Positions 11,170-20,637 of a stretch of DNA of 64,000 bases are shown piece after piece. Each line of letters starts with the position of its first letter. Positions within the stretch are counted from its first letter, which is position 1. The notes beneath the pieces are model-generated. The model saw nothing but the letters and a program-made list of their open reading frames with translations. It did no database searches and was not told where the DNA came from. The DNA lies in assembly GCA_049840735.1 (NCBI GenBank), contig JASGJN010000026.1, positions 352,001 through 416,000 on the forward strand, written 5' to 3'. The DNA comes from Anaeromyxobacter sp. Lineage in GTDB: Bacteria > Myxococcota > Myxococcia > Myxococcales > Anaeromyxobacteraceae. Position numbers and translations under genes: made by a program.

Positions 11170-12450
11170 ATGACCGACACGGCCCCACCTGCCGCCTCCC
11201 CCGCGCGCGCGGTCCTCAACGCCGCCGTGGTGGTGGCGGCGCTCGGCTACTTCGTCGACATCTACGACCTGATCCTCTTCAACGTGGTCCGGGTGCAGAG
11301 CCTCAAGGACCTGGGCGTCACCACCGACCTGATCGAGGTCGGGGCGGCGATCGTCAACTGGCAGATGGGCGGCATGCTGCTGGGCGGGATCCTCTTCGGG
11401 ATCATCGGCGACAAGCTGGGCCGGCTGCAGATCCTCTTCGGCTCCATCACGCTCTACTCGCTGGCCACCATCGCCAACGGCTTCGTCACGACGGTCGGCC
11501 AGTACGAGGCGCTGCGCTTCCTGGCCGGCGTGGGGCTGGCGGGCGAGCTGGGGGCCGGGGTGACGCTGGTGGCGGAGATCCTCCCGGCCCGGCTGCGCGG
11601 CTACGGCACCATGCTGGTGGCCTCGGTGGGCGTCTCCGGCGCGGTGGTGGCCAACCTGGTGGCCAAGGACTTCGACTGGCGCACCGCCTACTGGGTGGGC
11701 GGCGGGCTGGGCGTGGTGCTGCTGCTGCTGCGCATCGGCGTGCGCGAGTCGGCCATGTTCCACCGCATGAAGGAGGGCACGGCCCGGCGCGGCGACTTCC
11801 TGGCGCTCTTCCGCACGCGCGAGCGGCTGGGCCGCTACCTGGCCTGCATCCTCATCGCCGTGCCCATCTGGTTCTCCAACCAGATCCTGATCGCCTACTC
11901 GCCCGAGTTCGCGAAGGCCATGGGCGTGACCGGGCCCATCTCGGCGGGCGACGCGGTGGCGGCCTTCTACCTGGGGCTGGTCTTCGGCGACCTGACCAGC
12001 GGGCTCGTCTCGCAGGCGCTGGCCTCGCGCCGCAAGGTGGTGCTGGGGTTCGTGGTGGCGCTGGCGGCGGCCAACGGCCTCTACTTCGCGGCCGGCCGGG
12101 GCGCCTCGCCGGCCACCTTCCTGGCGCTCTGCGGCCTGCTCGGCTTCACCGGCGGCTACTGGGCCATCTTCGTCACCGTGGCGGCGGAGCAGTTCGGCAC
12201 CAACATCCGCGCCACCGTGGCCACCACCGTGCCCAACTTCGTGCGCGGGCTGGTGGTGGTGGTGAACCTCATGTTCCTGTGGACCCGCGGCAAGCCGGCC
12301 ACCGAGGCCACCCCCGCCTCCGGGCTCGGGCTGGGGCTGTTCGGCGCGGCGGCGGTGGTGGGCGCGTTCTGGTTCCTGCTGGCGCTGGTCTCGGCCTGGC
12401 GGCTGCGCGAGACCTTCGGCGTGGACCTGGACTACCTGGAGGAGGGCTGA
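11170..12450 (+). CDS. MFS transporter
   Basis: GYFVDIYDL, motif A GIIGDKLGRL, RFLAGVGLAGE, EQFGTNIRAT; about 12 TM segments. Confidence 0.92.
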   Translation: MTDTAPPAASPARAVLNAAVVVAALGYFVDIYDLILFNVVRVQSLKDLGVTTDLIEVGAAIVNWQMGGMLLGGILFGIIGDKLGRLQILFGSITLYSLATIANGFVTTVGQYEALRFLAGVGLAGELGAGVTLVAEILPARLRGYGTMLVASVGVSGAVVANLVAKDFDWRTAYWVGGGLGVVLLLLRIGVRESAMFHRMKEGTARRGDFLALFRTRERLGRYLACILIAVPIWFSNQILIAYSPEFAKAMGVTGPISAGDAVAAFYLGLVFGDLTSGLVSQALASRRKVVLGFVVALAAANGLYFAAGRGASPATFLALCGLLGFTGGYWAIFVTVAAEQFGTNIRATVATTVPNFVRGLVVVVNLMFLWTRGKPATEATPASGLGLGLFGAAAVVGAFWFLLALVSAWRLRETFGVDLDYLEEG

Positions 12451-12953
12451 TGTCGCTGTACGTGGTGGACGTGGAGGCGGACGGGCCGATCCCCGGCAAG
12501 TACTCGATGGTCTCCTTCGGCGCTGTGCTGGTGGAGCCCGGGCTGGGCCGCACCTTCTACGGCACCACCCGCCCCATCTCCGACCTCTGGCTGCCCGAGG
12601 CGCTGGCCATCTCCGGCGTGACGCGCGAGCAGCACCTGCGCCACGACGAGCCGGGCTCCACCATGGAGGCCTTCGAGAAGTGGGTCACCGAGACGTCGAA
12701 GGGGCGGCCCATCTTCTTCGCCGACAACCTCTCCTTCGACTGGCAGTACATCAACTGGTACTTCCACACCTACCTCGGCCGGAACCCCTTCGGCTGGTCG
12801 GGCCGGCGTATCGGCGACCTCTACTGCGGCATGGTGAAGGACGCCTACGCGCAGTGGAAGCACCTCCGCACCACCTCGCACGATCACCACCCGGTCAACG
12901 ACGCCAAGGGCAACGCCGAGGTGCTGCTCAAGCTTGAATCGAGCAGGGGCTGA
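12450..12953 (+). CDS. DEDDh-type 3'-5' exonuclease/exoribonuclease (true end may be 12970 if the indel near 12936 is an error)
   Basis: VVDVEADG (ExoI), DNLSFDW (ExoII), HHPVNDA (ExoIII); start overlaps the MFS stop (TGATG). Confidence 0.8.
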   Translation: MSLYVVDVEADGPIPGKYSMVSFGAVLVEPGLGRTFYGTTRPISDLWLPEALAISGVTREQHLRHDEPGSTMEAFEKWVTETSKGRPIFFADNLSFDWQYINWYFHTYLGRNPFGWSGRRIGDLYCGMVKDAYAQWKHLRTTSHDHHPVNDAKGNAEVLLKLESSRG

Positions 12954-13058
12954 AGCTCTCGCTGCGGTGAAACTGTTCGGGCCGGCGAAGCCGGCACGAA
13001 CCGCCTTGGCGCTGCGTGCGGCTGCCGCTCGGCGCTCCTTCGGCTGCGCCTGGCCCCT

Positions 13059-13168
13059 GCCCTTCGACTCCGCGCCCGCTGCGCGGGCGCTACGCTCAGG
13101 ACGAACGGGTCGAGATGTCCGTTCGCCCTGAGCGTAGCCGCGGCGACGCCGCGGCGGAGTCGAAGGGC
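13059..13168. repeat. Inverted pair of REP-like elements (13059-13108 -, 13119-13168 +)
   Basis: Both read CCGTTCG(T/C)CCTGAGCGTA-GC hairpin-GGAGTCGAAGGGC, in opposite orientation with a 10-nt spacer. Confidence 0.9.
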
Positions 13169-13173
13169 AGGCG

Positions 13174-14041
13174 TCACTTGGCCGGAGCCGCCGGCGCCGC
13201 CGGCAGCGGCGGCAGCGCCCTTGATCTTCGCCTTCACCGCCGCCAGCCTGGTCCCGTCGCGCCCGCCGGTGCCCTCCAGCTTGTGCTCGGCGATATAGGC
13301 GTTGGCCTTCTCGATGCGGTCGCCGGTGGCCGGGTGGGTCGAGAACAGGGTGGCCCAGCCCGGCTGCTTCCCCTCGCCCTTCTGCAGCTTGCCGAAGAAG
13401 GTGGCGATGCCGTGCGGGTCGTAGCCGGCCGCGGAGCTGTAGCGGGCGCCGAGCTGGTCCGCCTCCAGCTCCTCGCTGCGGCCGTAGGCCAGCATGGCGG
13501 TCTTGCCGGCCAGCCCGGCCGCCATCTGGGCCACGGCGTTCGGCTGCTTGCCCAGCGCCATCTCGGTGACCGTCTGCAGGCCGTACGCGTTCACCATCTG
13601 CCGCGCCGAGTGGCGCCCCACCACGTGGCCGGCCTCGTGCCCGAGCACGCCCGCCGCCTCGGCGGTGTTGTCCGCGGCCAGCAGCAGCCCGGTGTAGACG
13701 TAGAGGAAGCCGCCCGGCGTGGCGAAGGCGTTGACGGTCTTGGGGTCGTCGATGACCTTCACCGACCACTCCACGTCCGGCCGGTCCTTCTTCGCGGAGG
13801 GCAGGATCTTGTCGGTGATCTCCTTCACGTAGGCCGTGACCACCGGGTCCTCGACGTAGCGGACCTTCTGCTCCTGCTCCAGCTGCTGCTTCACTTGAAG
13901 TCCCAGCGCCTTCTCCTGGTCGGGCGGGATGAGGACGTCGGCCAGCCCCTTCTCCACGCTGATCCGCTGCTGGGCGGAGCAGGAGAGGGTGGAGACGGCC
14001 AGCAGGGCGGCGGCGGACGAGGCGAGCGTTGAGCGGAGCAT
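13174..14041 (-). CDS. M48 family zinc metallopeptidase (lipoprotein-like); probable 1-nt indel just before the stop
   Basis: VNAFATPGG, GVLGHEAGHV (HExxH), YGRSEELEAD, FSTHP; start MLRSTL at 14041. Removing one base gives GGSGK-stop at 13174 instead of reading into the repeat. Confidence 0.88.
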
Positions 14042-14164
14042 CCGGCCTGCGTAGCCCAAGACCCGCCGCGGGGCAGCATCCCGGCCGGGGGGTGCGGGGT
14101 TGGACGGCGCTCGCCGGGTGCGGTACGAGAGGCAACCCACGTCTGGTGCAGGGGAGGAGCGCGG

Positions 14165-14932
14165 ATGCGCAGGCTAATCGTGATCGGGGTGGTGCTGCTG
14201 GTCGCCACCGGCGGCCTGGCGGCGTGGTCGTTCTGGACCCCGGCCCCGCCGCCCCCGGCGCCCACCCCGGCCCCGCTCCCGGTGGACGTGCCCACGCACG
14301 CGCTGGACGCCTCGCGCATCCAGACCGGCCGGCTCGCGGTGGACCGGCTGCCCGAGGAGGTCACCACCACGCTGGAGCGCCACACCGTCGAGCTCACGCA
14401 CACCACCGAGGTGCTGGCCTCGAAGCAGGCGCGCATCGTCGGCACCTGCCCGCCCGGCTCCGCCATCCGGGTGGTGGAGGAGGACGGGTCGGTGCTTTGC
14501 CAGCGCGTCGGCAAGGGGGTGGCGTCGGTCACGGCGCTGGCCGGCGTGCCGCGCGTCTCCACCACCGCCACCGCGCAGGGCACGGTCCCGGGCGGCGTGG
14601 GGCGCTACCAGACCGCCGGCGACGACGACTTCCTGGTGGTCCCGGTGCAGCTGCCCGACGGCGCCGTCGTGACCGGCTTCTCGTACATCTACTGGGACGA
14701 CGACCCGGCCGTGGACGGCGGCGCCTTCCTCTACCGCTCGGACGACACGGTCCTGGCCGCGGTGGGGACCGAGAAGGCCAAGGCGGAGGTGCGGGTGGTC
14801 TCGACCGAGGAGATCGACGCCAAGAAGGTCACCAACGACGGGTTCGCCTACCTGGTCTTCTTCCAGACCTCGAGCCAGGCGGGGCAGAAGCTCATGCCCA
14901 TCGCGGCGTCGATCAGCTACAGGCTGCCCTGA
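14165..14932 (+). CDS. Membrane-anchored or secreted hypothetical protein with tail-fibre-like motifs
   Basis: GGAGG RBS; N-terminal hydrophobic helix; Pro linker; LDASRIQTGRLAVDRLP; GTCPPGSAIRVVEEDGSVLC; VPVQLPDGAVVTG. Confidence 0.7.
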   Translation: MRRLIVIGVVLLVATGGLAAWSFWTPAPPPPAPTPAPLPVDVPTHALDASRIQTGRLAVDRLPEEVTTTLERHTVELTHTTEVLASKQARIVGTCPPGSAIRVVEEDGSVLCQRVGKGVASVTALAGVPRVSTTATAQGTVPGGVGRYQTAGDDDFLVVPVQLPDGAVVTGFSYIYWDDDPAVDGGAFLYRSDDTVLAAVGTEKAKAEVRVVSTEEIDAKKVTNDGFAYLVFFQTSSQAGQKLMPIAASISYRLP

Positions 14933-15014
14933 CCCGCCCGGACGGGCGGTCACCTCCCTGAGGCCGGATGTCCGAGGCCCGGGGCGCGCCATTCCGGCTA
15001 CAATCCCGCCCCCC

Positions 15015-16156
15015 ATGTCCCGCGGAACCCTCGGCCGCACCCGGCGGCTCGTCGTCAAGGTCGGCACCGGCACCCTCACCGACCGTCAAGGCCGCTTCAA
15101 TCGCGAGAACTGCGCCCGCCTCGCCGCCGACCTGGCGGAGGTGGCCAAGGGGCGCAAGGTGGTGCTGGTCTCCTCCGGCGCGGTGGCGCTGGGCGCGGAG
15201 CGGCTGGGGCTGGTCCGGTCGCGCGCCAAGCCCTGGGACATCCCCACCAAGCAGGCCTGCGCCGCCACCGGGCAGCCGCACCTGATGGCCGCCTGGGGCG
15301 AGGCGCTGGGGGCGCACGCGCTGCTCACCGCGCAGGTCCTGCTCACCGCCGACGACCTGGCCTCGCGCAAGCGCTTCCTGAACGCGCGCCGCACCTTCGC
15401 CAAGCTGCTGGAGCGCGGCGCGGTGCCGGTGGTGAACGAGAACGACACCGTGGCGGTGGACGAATCAAGGTCGGCGACAACGACACGCTGGCCGGGCTGG
15501 TGGCCGGCTGCGTCGAGGCCGACCTGGTGGTGATGCTCACCGACGTGGAGGGGCTGTACGACCGGAACCCCTCCGAGGCCGGCGCGCAGCTGGTCCACGA
15601 CGTGCCCCGGATCACCGCCGAGGTGGAGCGGATCGCCGGCGGCGCCGGCAGCGAGCGGAGCGTCGGCGGGATGGCCACCAAGGTCCGCGCCGCCCGCCGC
15701 CTCGCCGCCCAGGGCGTGGCCACCGCCCTCCTCTCCGGCCGCCGCCCGGGGGCGCTGCAGGCCCTGCTCTCCGGCGAGCGCATCGGCACCGTCTTCGCCC
15801 GCGGCGACGAGCGGCTCACCTCGCGCAAGGGGTGGCTGGCGGCGGCCGCGCGCGGCAAGGGCGTCATCGTGGTGGACGCCGGCGCGCGGCGCGCGCTCAC
15901 CGAGGGAGGCCGCAGCCTCCTCCCCAGCGGGGTGAAGGGGGTGGAGGGACAGTTCGGGGTGGGGGACCCGGTGGACATCGCGCTCGAGTCGGGGCGCCCC
16001 TTCGCCCGCGGGCTGGCCGGCTACGCCGCCGAGGAGGTCCGGCGCATCGCCGGCCTGAAGACGGGCGAGATCGAGCGGACGCTCGGCTATAAGTACCTGG
16101 ACGAGGTCGTCCACCGGAACGACCTGGTGGTGCTGGAAGGCAAGGAAGACCGATGA
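15015..16156 (+). CDS. proB: Glutamate 5-kinase with PUA domain (apparent 1-nt frameshift near 15463)
   Basis: [22 protein letters not shown], then in another frame [20 protein letters not shown] and PUA (SLLPSGV). Confidence 0.93.
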
Positions 16157-17433
16157 GACAGCAGCAGCAGGACCTGGCCGCCGGGATGCGGGCGCTGGCA
16201 GAGGCCGCGCGAGACGCGGCCCGCGCGCTGGGCCGGGCCGACACGCGCACCAAGGACGCCGCCATCCGGGCCGGCGCCGACGCCCTCCTGGCGCGCTCAA
16301 AGGAGATCCTGGCCGCCAACGCGGGCGACCTCGAGGCAGCCCGCCAGGCCGGCCAGAAGGCGGCCTACCTGGACCGGCTGGCGCTCGACCCGAAGCGGCT
16401 AGAGGGGATCGCCGCCGCGCTGCGCGAGGTGGCCTCGCTCCCGGATCCGGTGGGCGCGGTCACCTCCAGCTGGCGCCGCCCGAACGGCCTCGAGGTGAAG
16501 AAGGTCCGCATCCCGCTGGGCGTGGTGCTGATGGTCTACGAGGCCCGGCCCAACGTCTCGGTGGAGGCGGCCGCGCTCTGCGTGAAGAGCGGCAACGCCG
16601 CCATCCTGCGCCCGGGCTCGGACGCGCTCCGCTCCTCGCTGGCGCTGGCCAGCGCCTTCGGCGAGGGGCTGGCCCAGGCCGGCCTGCCGGCGGCCAGCGC
16701 GCAGGTGGTACCCACGCCCGACCGCGAGGCCACCTTCGCGCTGCTGCAGCTGGACGACCTGATCGACCTGGCCATCCCGCGCGGCGGCCCCTCGCTGATC
16801 CGCGCCGTGGCCGAGCGGTCGCGCGTGCCGGTGGTGAAGCACTTCCAGGGCGTCTGCCACCTCTACCTGGACGAGAGCGCGGCGGAGGCGCCCTCTGTGG
16901 CCCTGGCCGTCAACGGCAAGGTGCAGCGCCCCGGCGTCTGCAACGCCACCGAGTGCCTGCTGGTGCACCGCGCCGCCGCCGAGCGGCTGCTGCCGGCGGT
17001 GGGCCGGGCGCTGTCCGCCGAGGGGGTGGAGCTGCGCTGCGACCCCACCGCGCTGACGCTGCTGGCCCGGGCCGGCGTGCCGGCCGTGGCCGCCGCCCCG
17101 GACGACTTCGGCAAGGAGTTCCTGGACAAGATCCTGGCCGTGCGCGTGGTGCACGACCTGGACGCCGCCCTGGACCACATCGCCCGCTACGGCTCGCTCC
17201 ACACCGAGGCGATCGTGACCCAGGACCTGGCCTCCGCCCGCCGCTTCGAGCGGGAGGTGGTGGCCAGCGGGGTGATGGTCAACGCCTCCACGCGCTTCAA
17301 CGACGGCGGCGAGCTGGGGCTCGGCGCCGAGATCGGCATCTCCACCACCAAGCTGCACGCGTTCGGGCCCATGGGGCTCGAGGAGCTCACCACCCAGAAG
17401 TTCGTGGTGGAGGGCGCCGGCCACGTGCGGTAG
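16153..17433 (+). CDS. proA: Gamma-glutamyl phosphate reductase
   Basis: [52 protein letters not shown]; overlaps the proB stop. Confidence 0.97.
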   Translation: MRQQQQDLAAGMRALAEAARDAARALGRADTRTKDAAIRAGADALLARSKEILAANAGDLEAARQAGQKAAYLDRLALDPKRLEGIAAALREVASLPDPVGAVTSSWRRPNGLEVKKVRIPLGVVLMVYEARPNVSVEAAALCVKSGNAAILRPGSDALRSSLALASAFGEGLAQAGLPAASAQVVPTPDREATFALLQLDDLIDLAIPRGGPSLIRAVAERSRVPVVKHFQGVCHLYLDESAAEAPSVALAVNGKVQRPGVCNATECLLVHRAAAERLLPAVGRALSAEGVELRCDPTALTLLARAGVPAVAAAPDDFGKEFLDKILAVRVVHDLDAALDHIARYGSLHTEAIVTQDLASARRFEREVVASGVMVNASTRFNDGGELGLGAEIGISTTKLHAFGPMGLEELTTQKFVVEGAGHVR

Positions 17434-17457
17434 GGAAGGGACGAGGACACGACCTGA

Positions 17458-18024
17458 ATGGCGACGAAGAAGAAGGCGGCCCCGGCGAAGTCGAAGAAGC
17501 CCACCTCCAGCGCGAAGAAGGCCCGCCCGGCGGCGGCCAAGCGCGGCGCGCCCGTCGGCAAGGGCAAGCGGAAGCCCCGCCGCGGCCCGCCGGAGTCCAC
17601 CGCGACCAAGCGCACCCCGGGCCGCGCCGAGAAGCCGGCGCCGGCGCCCGAGGCGGCCCCGGCCGCCGCGCCGCGCCCTGACCCGGCGCGCCCGACCGCC
17701 ATGGCCATCGCCATGGCCGGCCTGGACAAGAAGGCCGAGGACGTCACCCTGCTCGACGTGCGCGGGCTGACCAGCTACGCCGACTACTTCGTGCTCATGA
17801 CCGCCGACTCCGACCGGCAGGCCGGCGCCATCGCCGATCACGTCGAGCAGACGATGAAGCAGAAGGGCGTCACCAAGGTCGGCGTCGAGGGCTACGAGGG
17901 CGGCCGCTGGATCCTGGTCGACTACGGCGACGTGGTGGCCCACGTCATGAACCGGGAGTCGCGCGGGTTCTACGATCTCGAGGGGCTCTGGGCCGACGCG
18001 CCGCGGATCTCCGTCGAGGGGTGA
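17458..18024 (+). CDS. rsfS: Ribosome silencing factor with Lys/Ala/Pro-rich N-terminal extension
   Basis: DKKAEDVTLLDV, DYFVLMT, WILVDYGDVVAHVM, RGFYDLEGLW. Confidence 0.93.
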   Translation: MATKKKAAPAKSKKPTSSAKKARPAAAKRGAPVGKGKRKPRRGPPESTATKRTPGRAEKPAPAPEAAPAAAPRPDPARPTAMAIAMAGLDKKAEDVTLLDVRGLTSYADYFVLMTADSDRQAGAIADHVEQTMKQKGVTKVGVEGYEGGRWILVDYGDVVAHVMNRESRGFYDLEGLWADAPRISVEG

Positions 18025-18042
18025 GCACGCCGCCCTGGAGCG

Positions 18043-18078
18043 ATGGCCCCGGCCGCCACAGGCGACCGGGGCCGTTGC
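18043..18078 (+). terminator. Putative terminator hairpin after rsfS
   Basis: ATGGCCCCGG-C-CGCC-ACA-GGCG-A-CCGGGGCCGT stem, weak U-tract. Confidence 0.45.
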
Positions 18079-18122
18079 ATGTTCCGAGCGCAGGCGTGCC
18101 GCGGGTCGATGCGGCCCGGCGG

Positions 18123-18244
18123 CGCCCTTCGACTCCGCCGCGGCGCTGCCGCGGCTACGCTCAGGGCGAACGGTCGCTCCAGCCCCGCTCGGCCTGAGCG
18201 TAGCGCTTAGCGTAGCGCCGCGCAGCGGCGCGGAGTCGAAGGCC
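18123..18244. repeat. Inverted pair of REP-like elements (18123-18173 -, 18185-18244 +)
   Basis: Same consensus as 13059-13168; the second copy has an internal AGCGTAGCGC duplication and a GGCCT/AGGCC stem. Confidence 0.88.
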
Positions 18245-18267
18245 AGGGCCGAAGTCGTCCGTGCAGC

Positions 18268-18930
18268 TCACGGCAGCACGCCCAGCTCGTCCAGCGCGGT
18301 GTCCAGCTCGGCCGCGTCCCGGTAGACCTGGTAGGCGCCGGCGGCCAGCAGCTCGTCCTGGCCGTAGCCGCCGGTGAGCACGCCCACGCCCAGCATGCGG
18401 GCGCGGCGCGCGGCCAGGAGGTCCCAGACCGCGTCGCCCACCACGTAGCACTCCTCCGGCGCCACCCCGAGCTTGCGCTGGCAGGCCAGGAACAGGTCCG
18501 GCTCGGGCTTGGCGCGCGCCACCTCGGTCCGGTCCACCACCGGCGTCTCCGGCGGCACCTCCAGCGCCTCCAGCGAGCGGTCAATCTCCGGGCGGCGGCC
18601 GGAGGTGGCGATGCCGTGCGGCACCCCGGCCTCGCGCAGGTGGCGGAGCAGCGCCACCGCGCCGGGGAGCGGCCGGCGCACCGGCAGCAGCGAGGTGAAC
18701 AGCTCGCCGTGCCGGTCCTGCAGGAAGCGGGTCTGCTCGGGCGTGAGCGCGTGGCCGACCTCGCGGGCCACGGCGCGCGTGAAGAGCCCGCCGCTCATGC
18801 CGATCTTGCGGTGGATGCGCCAGCCGTCGAGCGGGAGGCCGGCCTCGGAGAGCGCCATCTGCCAGGCCAGGACGTGGGCGTAGACGGTGTCCACCAGCGT
18901 GCCGTCGAGGTCGAAGATGAGCGCGCGCAT
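18268..18930 (-). CDS. HAD family hydrolase
   Basis: LIFDLDGTL (motif I), IATS (II), KPEPD (III), VVGDAVWD (IV). Confidence 0.92.
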   Translation of the reverse strand: MRALIFDLDGTLVDTVYAHVLAWQMALSEAGLPLDGWRIHRKIGMSGGLFTRAVAREVGHALTPEQTRFLQDRHGELFTSLLPVRRPLPGAVALLRHLREAGVPHGIATSGRRPEIDRSLEALEVPPETPVVDRTEVARAKPEPDLFLACQRKLGVAPEECYVVGDAVWDLLAARRARMLGVGVLTGGYGQDELLAAGAYQVYRDAAELDTALDELGVLP

Positions 18931-19089
18931 GGCCCGGCTTCTACCGCGCGCCCGGGGGCGCCGCCAGCGTCCGGGCGGGCGAGCGGGCGGCGCTCCAGCG
19001 CGCGATCGGCCGGATGGGTCGCCACGTTGCATCCGGGCCCTGCAGAAGGATCGTCCGTGGGAGGGGGCAGCGAGGAGAGAGGCGGAGCG

Positions 19090-19581
19090 ATGGCGCGGAA
19101 GCAGGGCGGGCCGGGCAAGGCGGGCAAGGGTTCGGATGGGCGAGGGAGCAAGCGGGTGGTCGAACGGGGCGTGAAGGTCTCGGCCGTGGCCAGCACGCGC
19201 GGGCCGCCCTCAACCACCGTGCACGTCGAGGTGGAGCCGGCGGCCATGGCGGAGCAGGCGGGAGACGTGGGGGAGGTGCGGCGGGTCGAGGCGGAGCTGC
19301 CGGAGGAGCGCGACGGCGCGGTGCGCTGGTCCAGGCAGGAGCTGCACCGGCTGGCGCGCGAGCGGCGGGTGGCGGACGGGAAGGAGACGGCGGTGGAGCG
19401 GTTCGGCGGCACGCACCTGGGCCCCAGCGACGCCCAGCGGCTGGGGGTGGGGGTGGACGTGCAGACCGATCGCGGCACGCTGCGGGCCCCGGCGCGCAGC
19501 GAGGCGTACGCGGTGCGCGAGGCGGACAAGCCGCGGCAGCGCGAGCGGGTGCAGCGGCCGGCGGGGAAGAAGAAGCGCTAG
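19090..19581 (+). CDS. Hypothetical protein
   Basis: ATG after a purine-rich RBS; fills the gap between the HAD and DMT genes; no family recognised. Confidence 0.55.
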   Translation: MARKQGGPGKAGKGSDGRGSKRVVERGVKVSAVASTRGPPSTTVHVEVEPAAMAEQAGDVGEVRRVEAELPEERDGAVRWSRQELHRLARERRVADGKETAVERFGGTHLGPSDAQRLGVGVDVQTDRGTLRAPARSEAYAVREADKPRQRERVQRPAGKKKR

Positions 19582-20534
19582 GCGGCCGCTCGGGGCCGGT
19601 CGTGGGCCGCGGCGCTGGCCGGGACCTGCGCTGGCCTCGCCGACCGCACGGGGAGCGCGGCGATGCCGGCGGCGGCCAGCACCATGGCGCCGCCGGCCAG
19701 CATGGGCCAGCCGACCGGCTCGTGCAGCACCGCCGCCCCCAGCAGCACCGCCACGGTGGTGTCCACCAGCGGCAGCGCGCCGATCGCCGCCATCGACACG
19801 CGCGGGATGAGCCAGTAGAGGCCGAGGTAGGTGAGGGCGGTGCCGAAGACGGCCAGGTAGAGCAGCGCGCCCACCGCCGGCGCGGTCACCGCCGCGGGGG
19901 CGCGGCCGAACTCCAGCGCGAAGGACGCGGCCAGGAGCAGCACGCCGCCCACCGCGGTCTGGCCGGTGGTGAGGGCCAGCGGCGACACGGCGGTGAGGTG
20001 CCGGCGCGCCACCACGTTGGCCACCGCCACCACCATCGAGGCCAGGACCACCAGCGCGCTGCCGGCCGCCAGGCGCCCGGAGGCCTCCAGGTCGGAGAGG
20101 TGCGGCGCCTGCAGCACCACCACGCCGGCGATGCCCACCGCCACCGAGAGGAGCCTGAGCGGCGTGAGCCGCTCCTCCGGGAGCCAGAGCCGCGCCACGA
20201 TGGCCACCCAGATCGGGAAGGTGGCGAAGAGGACCGCCGAGAGGCTGGACGGGACCCACTGCTGCGCCAGGAAGAGCAGGCCGTAGGGGAGGGCGATCTG
20301 GAACAGCCCCACCACCGCCACCCGGCCGCGGTGGGGGCCCAGCACCTCGCGCCAGTGGCCGCCCCGCAGCGCCACCGGCGCCAGCAGCGCCGCGGCCAGC
20401 GCCATCCGGACGCCGGCGAAGAGCAGCGGCGGGAGCGCGTCCAGGCCGATGCGCACCACCATCCAGGTCGAGCCCCAGAGGACGGCGACGCCCAGGTAGA
20501 CGATTGCGAGGGTGGGACGGAGGCGGGCGGACAC
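19578..20534 (-). CDS. DMT/EamA family transporter
   Basis: LWGSTW, PPLLFAGVR, LYLAVFGT; about 10 TM segments in two repeats. Confidence 0.9.
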   Translation of the reverse strand: MSARLRPTLAIVYLGVAVLWGSTWMVVRIGLDALPPLLFAGVRMALAAALLAPVALRGGHWREVLGPHRGRVAVVGLFQIALPYGLLFLAQQWVPSSLSAVLFATFPIWVAIVARLWLPEERLTPLRLLSVAVGIAGVVVLQAPHLSDLEASGRLAAGSALVVLASMVVAVANVVARRHLTAVSPLALTTGQTAVGGVLLLAASFALEFGRAPAAVTAPAVGALLYLAVFGTALTYLGLYWLIPRVSMAAIGALPLVDTTVAVLLGAAVLHEPVGWPMLAGGAMVLAAAGIAALPVRSARPAQVPASAAAHDRPRAAA

Positions 20535-20637
20535 GGGCCGGGCATCGTAGATCAGCCTCCGCCCGGCGGCCCAGCGACCGGGCGCCTCGCCTCCCCCGCC
20601 TCGGCCAGGCGGGGGAGCGTGATCCTGCGAGCCGCAC

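Noticed and set aside
12884..13173. C-terminal extension of the M48 peptidase through the repeat pair
   Set aside because: It would overlap the convergent exonuclease gene; a single-base correction gives a stop at 13174.
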